Notes: generated from the letters alone by a model not told the origin. Positions 36,702 through 45,152 are shown, numbered from the stretch's first letter. The stretch is 46,289 bases of DNA from Candidatus Poribacteria bacterium (GCA_003635305.1 PYJE01000068.1:21882-68170), one strand, 5' to 3'. Program-made: numbers and translations.

Positions 36702-39596
36702 ATGAAAGGCACACAGAATTGGCTCGTGGTATCGCTACTCATTTTCACGCTCGCGATGCCAGGACTCGCCGCAGAAAAATGGCAAACGGACATGCAAAAG
36801 GATTTCGCGAAGGTGCTGCGTGAGAAGAAAAAACCCGCCGAAAAACATCGCGACTTCATCGTGAAATGGGAAAAACGGGGGCATTTGGAAGCACTGCGGA
36901 CGCTGTATCGCGAAGAGAAAGCGAATCGCAAAACAGACGCGGCCTTCTTTTACGGCCTCGGCTATGCGCACGCGCTGCAAGCCACCGAAACGGCGTTGGA
37001 GACAGCTGTCACCGCTTTTCAACGCGCGCTGGAAATCGAGCCGAATCTGTTTTGGGCGCGCTTTAACCTCGGCGGTGTATATCACCGGCAAAACGAGCAC
37101 GCTGACGCGCTGGCGCAATTCGAGGCGTGCGTCCAACTCAATCCGAACTACTATCCTGTCTACTACCGCATTGGCGAAATTCATTTGAAAGAGGGGAATA
37201 CTGCCGAGGCGCGCACGGCATTTGAGACAGCGCATCAGTTAAACCGGAAGTGGGAATACCCGCGCTATGGACTTGGCTTAGTCGCCTTCGCCGAAGGGAA
37301 TTTGAACGGCGCGCGGGAAGCGTTCGAGAGACTTATCCAGCAGAAAAAGAAGTTCGCGCCTGCCTATTTCAAATTGGGACAGGTGCTGGCGGCGGAAGGC
37401 TTCTTTGACGCGGCACTGGAAGAGTATGCCAAAGGCGCAAAGTATAAGCCGTATTCGGCACAGGTGGTTGCGGAACTCGCAGCGATTTTCAGAACCGGTG
37501 GGAATACCGATGGCGCGATTACCTTATATCAACGTGCGCTAGAAATCGAACAGGACAACGCGTCCATCCAATTTGCCCTCGCAGACATGCTCTATGCGGA
37601 AGGCGACACGGCGACAGCTGTCCACCACTATCGACAGGCTCTCGCGCTGATGCCGAGCCTGGAGGTGGAGCTGTTTAAGCCGCTGCGTTCCTATTTTGAA
37701 GGCGAACTGTCAGTAGACGCGGCGAAGGCACACGTCGACAAAGCGATGGCGGTGCTACCCGATGACGCGCGCGTCGCCTTTTATGCTGGCACGTTGGAGG
37801 CAGACGCTGGAAACGTTGAAGGCGCAATCGAGCACTACGAGAAAACGCTTGAAATCATCGCAACGGAACCTCGCTATCTGGAAATGGAATTGCCAGTAGG
37901 GCATTTCAACGACGTTTACCTCAAACTCGGCGAACTCTACCATCAACAAGGAGATGCCGTGACAGCAAACTCCTACTTTCAACGCGCCATAGAATTGAAC
38001 CCTGCCTTGGCGGATATGTTCATTGAACTGGGACAAGACGCTTTTGCCGCGGAAGATTTCCAAAGTGCGATTGAACTGCTCAATACGCATCTCCTGCTCT
38101 ATCCAGAAGATATCGCCGCCACTTATCTGCTTGGACAGAGTTACGAGGCACTCAGTGACATGGAAAACGCGCTCCGTTTTTATGAACGCACACTCGCATT
38201 AGACGCAGCACGTCCTGACGTGCTTTTTAGAACGGTTCATATTTACCGGCAACAAGGCGCGCATCAGGCCGTTGTAGATGCCTTGCAGAAAATCATCGCG
38301 CTGGAACCGGATAACGCCGAAGCACACTTTCTCGCCGCACAGTCCTATCTGGCACTCAACGAACCCGAAGCAGCACTCGCCGCCTTTTTGGAGACGACAC
38401 GGATAACGCCAGATAACGTCACGGCGCACTACCAAGCCGGCATCCTGTTTGAACAGAAAGGCGACATCGACAACGCCATAGCGCAGTATGAAAACACGAT
38501 TGCGCTTGACAAAACTAACCCCGAACCCTTTTTCCGCCTCGGGGCCATCTATCGCAAGCGCAACGATGAAGAGAACCTCATCCGTGTCTATCCGCCAGCG
38601 TTAGAATTGGAACCGAACCACCCGGAAATCCACTATTTGCTTGCCGGTATTTTTCAGAAACGGGGAGAACATCGGGACAGGGATGTCTCTCCTACTGGAA
38701 CAGCGGAGGCATGGGTGAGGGCACTGCATCACTACCAATTGGCGAATCACTACGCGCCCGATAACTTTGCGTGGCACTATCAGTATGCACGCCTGCTGGA
38801 TAGGCACGCGGAAACCCTCGGGGACGCTTACCATGAACCGGCGGCGTTGGCGGTGACAGAGTATACGACGACGCTGGCACTGAATGAGGCGTATGTGGAT
38901 GCCTACTACTACCGTGGCATGTTGACGCTGCGCTACCGGCAAATCGGCGAGACACTCTACCGCTACAGCCAGATTCTGGAGGATTTCAAGCAGGTGGTGG
39001 AGCTGCAGCCGAGAAACCTAGAAGCACACTACACAGTGGGGGTTATCTACTTGGAGATAGACAGGCACCGATTGGCGAAAGCGGCGTTTAAAAAGGTGCT
39101 GTCTCTCTCCCCGAACTACCGCGGCGCGCACCTGCAACTCGGCAAAATTGCGGAATGGGAGCAGGATTGGAAGGATGCAATCGCGCAGTATGAGAAGGAA
39201 GCAGCACTGATTCAGGGGGCCACCGATGACATCGCCATCGGCACGTATCAAAACCTCGGCGAACTCTACTATGCGCACGCATTGGATTACAACGCCGCCA
39301 AAGAGACGCTGGAGAAGGCACTTGCGTTAGACGAGAAGCACGTGACGACGCTGCTCAATTACGGCAATACGCTCTTCAGCATGGACGTGCTCGGCGCAGC
39401 GACAGAGCAGTTTGAACGCGTCATCCAACTAGAACCGAGGAACTTGACGGCGAACTACAACCTCGCATTGATGTATGAATACCGCGAAAAGACAGAACAA
39501 GCGCGCGCGCAGTGGAAACGGTTCCTCGCGCTCAATCCACCGGAACAGTGGAAGCGAGAGGCGGAGGAACATCTGCGGGAACTCGGCGTTCAGTAG
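36702..39596 (+). CDS. Secreted multi-TPR protein
   Basis: Signal peptide and many TPR units ('A...F..ALE.EP....A.FNLG..Y'); GGAGG RBS. Confidence 0.92.
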   Translation: MKGTQNWLVVSLLIFTLAMPGLAAEKWQTDMQKDFAKVLREKKKPAEKHRDFIVKWEKRGHLEALRTLYREEKANRKTDAAFFYGLGYAHALQATETALETAVTAFQRALEIEPNLFWARFNLGGVYHRQNEHADALAQFEACVQLNPNYYPVYYRIGEIHLKEGNTAEARTAFETAHQLNRKWEYPRYGLGLVAFAEGNLNGAREAFERLIQQKKKFAPAYFKLGQVLAAEGFFDAALEEYAKGAKYKPYSAQVVAELAAIFRTGGNTDGAITLYQRALEIEQDNASIQFALADMLYAEGDTATAVHHYRQALALMPSLEVELFKPLRSYFEGELSVDAAKAHVDKAMAVLPDDARVAFYAGTLEADAGNVEGAIEHYEKTLEIIATEPRYLEMELPVGHFNDVYLKLGELYHQQGDAVTANSYFQRAIELNPALADMFIELGQDAFAAEDFQSAIELLNTHLLLYPEDIAATYLLGQSYEALSDMENALRFYERTLALDAARPDVLFRTVHIYRQQGAHQAVVDALQKIIALEPDNAEAHFLAAQSYLALNEPEAALAAFLETTRITPDNVTAHYQAGILFEQKGDIDNAIAQYENTIALDKTNPEPFFRLGAIYRKRNDEENLIRVYPPALELEPNHPEIHYLLAGIFQKRGEHRDRDVSPTGTAEAWVRALHHYQLANHYAPDNFAWHYQYARLLDRHAETLGDAYHEPAALAVTEYTTTLALNEAYVDAYYYRGMLTLRYRQIGETLYRYSQILEDFKQVVELQPRNLEAHYTVGVIYLEIDRHRLAKAAFKKVLSLSPNYRGAHLQLGKIAEWEQDWKDAIAQYEKEAALIQGATDDIAIGTYQNLGELYYAHALDYNAAKETLEKALALDEKHVTTLLNYGNTLFSMDVLGAATEQFERVIQLEPRNLTANYNLALMYEYREKTEQARAQWKRFLALNPPEQWKREAEEHLRELGVQ
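38672..38695 (-). repeat. Family A REP-like element inserted in frame in the TPR gene
   Basis: Reverse complement gtaggagagacatccctgtcccga, 2 mismatches to each of the 7199 and 40812 copies; encodes part of 'HRDRDVSPT'. Confidence 0.85.
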
Positions 39597-39611
39597 GACA
39601 TTCTGTGTCAC

Positions 39612-39636
39612 GTAGGGCGAGAGACTGTCCCTCGCC
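39612..39636 (+). repeat. Family C REP-like palindrome
   Basis: gtagggcgagagactgtccctcgcc. Confidence 0.7.
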
Positions 39637-39659
39637 GTGATGCACCTTCGCAACACACT

Positions 39660-40289
39660 ATGATGCATTTTCAGATTGAACGCCACGCCGAAGTCGCATC
39701 AACAAACGATCTTGCACTGGCACGCGGGAAGGCTGGCGCGCCAGAAGGAACGCTCATCCTCGCGGAATATCAAACCGCTGGAAGAGGCAGATATGGGCGG
39801 CACTGGACAGCACCGCACGGGAAGTGCATCCTCGCCTCCGTTATCCTGAGACATCGGTTGCTGCGCGATGAGATTGCACTGCCGAATCTCATCGGTGCCC
39901 TCAGCATCGCGCAAGCGATTCACGCGACGACGCGCCTAGCAGCCCGCATCAAAATGCCCAACGATGTCCGAATCCGAAAAAAGAAAATCGCCGGTGCCCT
40001 CACCGAATTAGCGGCAGACCGGCAACGTCAACCCTTTTTTGTCCTCGGCTTCGGGGTGAACGTAAATATCACGGAAGAAGAATTCCCACCAGAATTGCGC
40101 GATACGGCGACTTCGGTGCGGATAGAATCAAACGCCGATGCAGAGATGTGCCGCGGCGCGCTCCTGCAGTCCATATTACATCGCCTTGAGGATACCTACC
40201 TGCTGCTGAAATCGGGCAAAACCGACTGTATCCTGAAACAAGTCAATACATGGAAAGAGCGAGAAAAAGAGCCAAGAACCAATTTCTGA
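39660..40289 (+). CDS. birA: Biotin--[acetyl-CoA-carboxylase] ligase (catalytic domain only)
   Basis: 'STND', 'AEYQTAGRGR..R.W', 'KMPND', 'KIAG.L', 'GFGVNV'; no HTH and short C-terminus. Confidence 0.88.
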   Translation: MMHFQIERHAEVASTNDLALARGKAGAPEGTLILAEYQTAGRGRYGRHWTAPHGKCILASVILRHRLLRDEIALPNLIGALSIAQAIHATTRLAARIKMPNDVRIRKKKIAGALTELAADRQRQPFFVLGFGVNVNITEEEFPPELRDTATSVRIESNADAEMCRGALLQSILHRLEDTYLLLKSGKTDCILKQVNTWKEREKEPRTNF

Positions 40290-40377
40290 AGCAGGATTTA
40301 CAAGATGAGGGGATATCTAGCGACAGAATCTCTTTTTACGCCCGTTGAACCTAAATTCAATAGATTGGTTATTCATC

Positions 40378-40815
40378 ATGAAGACACTTATTAGCGCATG
40401 TCTGCTCGGTGTCCGGTGCCGTTATGACGGTGGACATAGCCGAAGCACTGCCGCCATAAAACACCACGAAACGGAGCCGCTCATCTCAATCTGCCCGGAA
40501 CAACTCGGCGGTTTGCCCACACCGCGGCCGCCAGCCGAAATTGTCGGCGGCGATGGCGAGGATGTGCTCGCCAACAAAGCAAAAGTCATAACAGAGGCAG
40601 GGGAGGACGTGACAGACGCATATCTGCTAGGCGCGCTTGATACCTTGCGCATTGCCCAATCGCACGGCGCGACGCAGGTTATCCTGAAAGCGCGGAGTCC
40701 ATCTTGTGGCTGTGGCGCGATTTATGATGGGACATTCTCCGGCACGCTGAAAACAGGCGATGGGGTAACAACGGCTCTGTTGAAACAGCACGGGATTGAG
40801 GTAATTTCCCGGTAG
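40378..40815 (+). CDS. DUF523 (2-thiouracil desulfidase-like) protein
   Basis: 'ISACLLGVRCRYDG', 'CPEQLGGLPTPR', 'LKARSPSCG', 'GDGVT.ALL'. Confidence 0.9.
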   Translation: MKTLISACLLGVRCRYDGGHSRSTAAIKHHETEPLISICPEQLGGLPTPRPPAEIVGGDGEDVLANKAKVITEAGEDVTDAYLLGALDTLRIAQSHGATQVILKARSPSCGCGAIYDGTFSGTLKTGDGVTTALLKQHGIEVISR

Positions 40816-40835
40816 GAGAGACATCTCTGTCTCGA
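40812..40835 (+). repeat. Family A REP-like element whose GTAG supplies the DUF523 stop codon
   Basis: gtaggagagacatctctgtctcga; TAG 40813-15 is the stop codon. Confidence 0.8.
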
Positions 40836-40876
40836 TGGGGTGATGCAGCACTGCTGAAACGAAACGGCGCAGATGG

Positions 40877-41863
40877 CTATATCCGCCCTACCGCATCGCG
40901 ATAGGGCCCGTGGACAGCGAAAGCCAGCACAGTCTTCAGCAATTCCTGCGGATTGCCTGTATCGTAACGCCGCCCTGCAACGCGATAACCTCCCATTCCT
41001 TCGCGCCGAATCAGTTCCGCCATTGCATCGCGCAGTTGGATTTCACCGTGCGTCACGATATTGTCTCGGTAGTGATGCTCCAAGATGTCAAACAGGAGCG
41101 GTGTGAGCAGATCGATGCCGAAATTACAGAGGTACTGCTGCGACGAAAGCCCTTCCACGCGTAGTGTTTCCCGCGCAACGTCTACCGTCGGTTTTTCGGC
41201 GATGTGGGTTAAGTGGAAAAGTCTATTCTCGGCGGTTCCGGTAGGCGCGGTTTGTAACCGCGCACGTTGATGCCCATTTTCATCGGTTCCGGTAGGCGCG
41301 GTTTCCAACCGCGCACCACGATGCCCATGCACAATTCCGTTGAGATGCAGTTCGCTCTCATCGCAAATGTCAAGGCTAGTGACAGATGTGCCTATCTGCG
41401 CATAAATGTCAACCAATTGTTTCGCGCAGGAAACATCTGTCTCTGATAAATAGAGATGATCTCCGAGCAGAATCATGACTGGCTCGCCATCGGCGAATGC
41501 TTTGGCGCAGTAGATGGCGTGCCCGAAGCCTTGCGGTTCGGCCTGAATCGCGAAGTGCAACCGTTCGCCGATTTCTGCTAACCTATCCGCCTGCATCGCC
41601 AATGCCGCTTTCTCGCGAATGGCGGCGGGAACGACACCGGAAAAATAGTCGGCAATCGGCTCAACTTGGTGCGGCTGCGCGACGAGGCACACCTCCTCTA
41701 TCCTTGCCGTTAACGCCTCCTCAATAATGAGTTGGATAATCGGTTTCGCGAAGCCATCCTGCGCGATAATCGGAAAGAGTGCTTTTGGCACGGCTTTGGT
41801 GGCAGGAAAAAGACGCGTGCCGTAGCCGGCGATGGGAATAATAGCCTTTTTAATTCGGCGCAC
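40877..41863 (-). CDS. galU: UTP--glucose-1-phosphate uridylyltransferase-like sugar nucleotidyltransferase
   Basis: 'KAIIPIAGYGTRLFPATKAVPK', 'Q.EP.GFGHAI', 'LGD', 'EKP', 'GEIQL.DA', 'YDTG'; GTG start after GAGG. Confidence 0.75.
   Translation of the reverse strand: MRRIKKAIIPIAGYGTRLFPATKAVPKALFPIIAQDGFAKPIIQLIIEEALTARIEEVCLVAQPHQVEPIADYFSGVVPAAIREKAALAMQADRLAEIGERLHFAIQAEPQGFGHAIYCAKAFADGEPVMILLGDHLYLSETDVSCAKQLVDIYAQIGTSVTSLDICDESELHLNGIVHGHRGARLETAPTGTDENGHQRARLQTAPTGTAENRLFHLTHIAEKPTVDVARETLRVEGLSSQQYLCNFGIDLLTPLLFDILEHHYRDNIVTHGEIQLRDAMAELIRREGMGGYRVAGRRYDTGNPQELLKTVLAFAVHGPYRDAVGRI
41233..41328 (+). repeat. Tandem 51-bp duplication, each unit holding a family B REP, in frame within the galU-like gene
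   Basis: gtaggcgcggtttgtaaccgcgc (41241) and gtaggcgcggtttccaaccgcgc (41292); protein reads 'GARLETAPTGT...RARLQTAPTGT'. Confidence 0.88.
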
Positions 41864-41878
41864 GGTTCTGAATTCCTC

Positions 41879-41905
41879 GTAGGCGCGCTTGAAAAGCACG
41901 CCTAC
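41879..41905 (+). repeat. Family B REP-like palindrome
   Basis: gtaggcgcgcttgaaaagcacgcctac. Confidence 0.75.
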
Positions 41906-41917
41906 CAGAGGGAAACG

Positions 41918-42023
41918 GAAGCAAGATTCACAAGATTCACAAGATTTCCAGGATAACCTCACTTGTTTCGACAACGGCCCCTATAATCCTGCGAATCTTG
42001 GAAGTCCCGCAAATCTTGCTTCA
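41918..42023. mobile_element. MITE-like element with inverted arrays of 9-nt CARGATT units
   Basis: Left gaagcaagattcacaagattcacaagatttccaggat; right (reverse complement) tgaagcaagatttgcgggacttccaagattcgcaggatt; related end at 40287. Confidence 0.55.
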
Positions 42024-42782
42024 GTCGCGCAACCCCTTGAGGTAGCCCCAGGTGGTTGAGAGTTTGCCGGCAGGTTCCACAGGCAAAGAATCGCTTTCGG
42101 ATTCAAAGTTCTGCTTCACCTCGGCTTCATCCAAGATCCTGTCGTAGATGCGAACATTGTCGATCATCCCGATAAGGTATCTGCCATCGTGTTCACTGCC
42201 GATGCGGCGTTCGTCCATGTTTTCAGGCGTGCCGCCCGCGGTGCCTTCGTCCATCAACTCGCCATCAACGTAGAGTTTGAGCTCATCCTCTTTGGTATCG
42301 CTGGTGTAAATGATGTGATACCAGGTCTCCGTCTCGGCGTTCATGCGAATCTTGACACCATCGTTTTTATGCACCTGAATCTGGTTGCCTTCAAACTTAA
42401 AATGGACTTTCCCAGCGGCCCACTGCCACGTGGAGACGATGCCTTGGATGCCGCCAAACTGGCCCTCCAGGGCCCAGCACTCAATAGACACCTTCTCAAA
42501 CGAACCGAGCGCGGGGATTTCAACGTAGTTCTCCGCATCGCCTTCAAACTCCATTGCATCCCCCATCGGGCCTTCGACGAACTTGAGTTTGCCTATCATT
42601 TCGGCATCGTTCTCGCCGAGGGCATCCTTAACGGTTTTGCCATCCAGATCAGCCTCATTGAGCGTATACATGGCGACGAGGCCGTCGGTGACGAAGTCTT
42701 GTGCATTCGCCGCGGTGACATAGCAAAGTGCCGTCAAGAGCAGGCAAAACGCACAGACTACGATATTTCTATTCATTTTCAT
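42021..42782 (-). CDS. Secreted LamG-like (concanavalin A jelly-roll) protein with C-terminal KLSTTWGYLK tail
   Basis: Signal peptide; 'WYHI..T', 'LYVDG', 'G.IDNVRIYDR.L...EV'; tail 'PVEPAGKLSTTWGYLK'. Confidence 0.9.
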   Translation of the reverse strand: MKMNRNIVVCAFCLLLTALCYVTAANAQDFVTDGLVAMYTLNEADLDGKTVKDALGENDAEMIGKLKFVEGPMGDAMEFEGDAENYVEIPALGSFEKVSIECWALEGQFGGIQGIVSTWQWAAGKVHFKFEGNQIQVHKNDGVKIRMNAETETWYHIIYTSDTKEDELKLYVDGELMDEGTAGGTPENMDERRIGSEHDGRYLIGMIDNVRIYDRILDEAEVKQNFESESDSLPVEPAGKLSTTWGYLKGLRD

Positions 42783-42818
42783 TCTCCTTCTGATTGCCAG
42801 AAAGTTAAGTTTGAATAT

Positions 42819-42847
42819 AGTTTAACACATTGAATTCAGGATGTCAA
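42819..42847 (-). promoter_or_regulatory. Sigma70 promoter of the LamG gene
   Basis: Minus strand TTGACA-N17-TAAACT. Confidence 0.65.
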
Positions 42848-42898
42848 GGTAAAAATCAACAGCAGTGCGAGGAAGATGTTCCTTTATCCACAAAAGCG

Positions 42899-43225
42899 TT
42901 AACCAAAAAAGTGTTTGCCGACATACCCGACAATGAAACCCACGCTCACGACAATCGCCACGATCAGCGTCCAACGACGTTGAAGTTTCCAATACCGTGG
43001 GAACTTTCGCGCTATCACGTAGAGCTGGGAAATGCCCTGTTCCGTATAGTTTGTCCAAATGAGCATCAACCACAACGTAAGCATCATCAAAACGCTCTCC
43101 AGAATGTCTTGGCCCTTCACGTAGTACCGGAAGACCACGAAGAGAAAACCGGACAGCGCGAGGCCCCAGAGGACGAGTTTCGCAGCCGTCCCTCGTATCG
43201 GTGTCTGTTCTTTATCTGCAAGCAT
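42899..43225 (-). CDS. Small 3-TM membrane protein
   Basis: Three hydrophobic segments; AAGGAG RBS before ATG. Confidence 0.7.
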   Translation of the reverse strand: MLADKEQTPIRGTAAKLVLWGLALSGFLFVVFRYYVKGQDILESVLMMLTLWLMLIWTNYTEQGISQLYVIARKFPRYWKLQRRWTLIVAIVVSVGFIVGYVGKHFFG

Positions 43226-43313
43226 CTGTTTGCTCCTTTGACGAGAATTGTTAAATAGTATATCCGCTGTTCCGAAAAAAAATCAAGAGAATTTGAGGTT
43301 TTGGCAGAGGTAT

Positions 43314-43586
43314 CTAGTTTTCGGTTTTCGCTTCGGATGCAGCCTTCTCTCCTTTCGCCCCCTCCTGCTGGCTCGGGAAAACAGTTCCATATCTCTTTAT
43401 CGGTGCCTTTTGCTTCGGGGGCATCAGGCGGAGATCAAACACGAAAAAGAGCACGAAAGAAATGAGAAGAGAGACACCAAACAAAGCCCAACCAACATAT
43501 CTAAGCCGTTGAACTATCTGCTTTAACCGGTTTTTAAACCGCGCGAGTTCTGACTCTGGACGATGCCGTAATTGACGCAGATCCAT
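43314..43586 (-). CDS. Small single-TM membrane protein
   Basis: AAGGAGG RBS; one TM segment. Confidence 0.65.
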   Translation of the reverse strand: MDLRQLRHRPESELARFKNRLKQIVQRLRYVGWALFGVSLLISFVLFFVFDLRLMPPKQKAPIKRYGTVFPSQQEGAKGEKAASEAKTEN

Positions 43587-43882
43587 TTTGTCCTCCTTGT
43601 GTTCAGGACTGACACAAGATGATGGTGTTAGGCGCGGTTTGCAACCGCTCCTTCTGAAAGTGATAGAGTTTGCGTAAGTGCTCTGTTTTTGGAACGATAC
43701 TTAGCATTGCCTCCGCTGCGTCGTATCTCAAAAGACTTTGAGAAACCTGACGAGCGACTAACCGCCTAAAGCCATTTTACCACCACCTGCAGCGGTTCCG
43801 AGACCTGTCCACCCGGTGGTTGCGACGACACCCGCCTAAATATATGCGTTGATGGCGATTTTTTTTGTTTTCGGAAAAAACG

Positions 43883-43966
43883 TTAGGATTCGGATCTGAA
43901 CCGAAGAGAGAATCGCAAGGACATCAGTGCGCTGATGAGGATGCTGATGACTCTATTCCTAAGCAT
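43883..43966 (-). pseudogene. Probable frameshifted remnant of a third copy of the small secreted His-rich protein
   Basis: GGAAGG + ATG MLRNRVISILISAL, then after a 1-nt shift VLAILSSV; matches the signal peptide MLRR...VALTVLAVLSAV of 44091-44429. Confidence 0.4.
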
Positions 43967-43982
43967 GGAGACCTTCCAAAGA

Positions 43983-44074
43983 AAACCCCACGGCTCGGAG
44001 GTCGCGGGGTTTGTTATTGCGCGTCAGGGCCGCGTGATGAGCGAAAACCTGTGTGACTGGGCGTAGGTTTTCGT
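43983..44074. terminator. Two hairpins downstream of the His-rich cassette; probable terminator(s)
   Basis: aaacccc...ggggttt (43983-44012) with T-rich tails on both strands; cgaaaacct...aggttttcg (44042-73). Confidence 0.5.
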
Positions 44075-44090
44075 TGGGAGGGTTGGCTTT

Positions 44091-44429
44091 CTAGTCAAAG
44101 ACAACCGCGTGTCGTGTGATCGTCTTCTCGATTTGGATGAGGATACTGTGATCTGGATGCGACCAGTAGTCGATTACACTACCACTCGTCCAGTCATGAT
44201 ACCTCCCGTAGTGTGAACTACTGTGTGGGTGCACATCCTCGAGATCGATCGTTGGTGGGCGTACGTTGCCGGTACGCCACTCTAAGACGTAGGTTACTAT
44301 CTGTGTAGCCCCCTCTTCATCGTAGCTGCTCTGTGCAGTCTGGGTCGGCGAAATCGTGAGGACCGCCGAGAGAACTGCGAGAACTGTGAGAGCCACTAAG
44401 GTGGCCTTGTGGATCAGTCTTCTTAACAT
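44091..44429 (-). CDS. Small secreted His/Trp-rich protein (paralog A')
   Basis: AAAGGAG RBS; signal peptide to TAQS|SYDE; core HYGRYHDWTSGSVIDYWSHPDH. Confidence 0.8.
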   Translation of the reverse strand: MLRRLIHKATLVALTVLAVLSAVLTISPTQTAQSSYDEEGATQIVTYVLEWRTGNVRPPTIDLEDVHPHSSSHYGRYHDWTSGSVIDYWSHPDHSILIQIEKTITRHAVVFD

Positions 44430-44474
44430 GAGTCTTAACTCTCCTTTAACAAGTGTCACTCGCGCGGGGTCTCG

Positions 44475-45152
44475 CTAGTGTGAATGCGAGGACTCATCAT
44501 GCGAGTGTGATGGGTGAGCAACAGGGGCCTCCGGCCCATAAAGTGCGTCGGGGCCATACTTCCGGACGAGTGACCGAGCGTACTCCAGAAACTCGTCGTT
44601 CCTTTGATGTGGAACGAGCTGCGCCTGAAGTTCCGCGTGCCTTAATCGGTCTGCGGCCGTGTAAACGGGTGCAGTCGCGATTCTCAGTTCTAAATCCAGA
44701 AACTCTTCAACTTCTGGAATATCGCCGTTCATGGCGATGAGTGCAGGTCTCATCATCTCCACGCGTTTGTAGGGATCGTTGAAATCCTCTGGGCGATACT
44801 TGCGCCTCGGTTTTTCTGCCTCTGTTGCTACCTCGTCTGAAGGTGTCGTTTCTGCGTTTGACACCGTTTCGGTTGTCCTCTCAGTCACTGAGAGCTCACC
44901 CTCATCGGTTTCTACCGTGGAGAGAGGTTCATGAACGTGAGTTTGTTCATGAGTCTCTTCGTGGTGAGGAATCGGTTCTTCGTGGGCATGTCCAGAGTTG
45001 CTGTGCTCATGCTCAGCAGGGACGTGCACCGCGGGCGTGGGTGGTTTTGGTAGTGCTTCGTCAAACTGTTTTTTCTGCCATTCGGCATAAAAGAAAATGC
45101 CTGTGCAGAAAGCAATAAGGAGCACTATGCTGGTAACTAGGTATTTTGACAT
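44475..45152 (-). CDS. Membrane-anchored His-rich hypothetical protein
   Basis: AAAGGA RBS; N-terminal TM; 'HEHSNSGHAHEEPIPHHEETHEQTHVHE'; C-terminal 'HPSHSHDESSHSH'. Confidence 0.8.
   Translation of the reverse strand: MSKYLVTSIVLLIAFCTGIFFYAEWQKKQFDEALPKPPTPAVHVPAEHEHSNSGHAHEEPIPHHEETHEQTHVHEPLSTVETDEGELSVTERTTETVSNAETTPSDEVATEAEKPRRKYRPEDFNDPYKRVEMMRPALIAMNGDIPEVEEFLDLELRIATAPVYTAADRLRHAELQAQLVPHQRNDEFLEYARSLVRKYGPDALYGPEAPVAHPSHSHDESSHSH

Noticed and set aside
2518-39923. Numerous long antisense or alternate-frame ORFs (e.g. 2518-3306, 15234-16019, 17312-18088, 28695-29330)
   Set aside because: They overlap well-supported genes, show no recognisable motifs, and are expected shadows in GC-rich coding DNA.
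41233-41328. CRISPR array
   Set aside because: Only two units, spacers nearly identical, inside a CDS, no cas genes.
41864-41974. Cys-rich N-terminal extension 'SCESCESC' of the GalU-like ORF
   Set aside because: It is the translation of the 9-nt repeat array and a REP. The homologous domain and an RBS point to GTG 41863 as the start.
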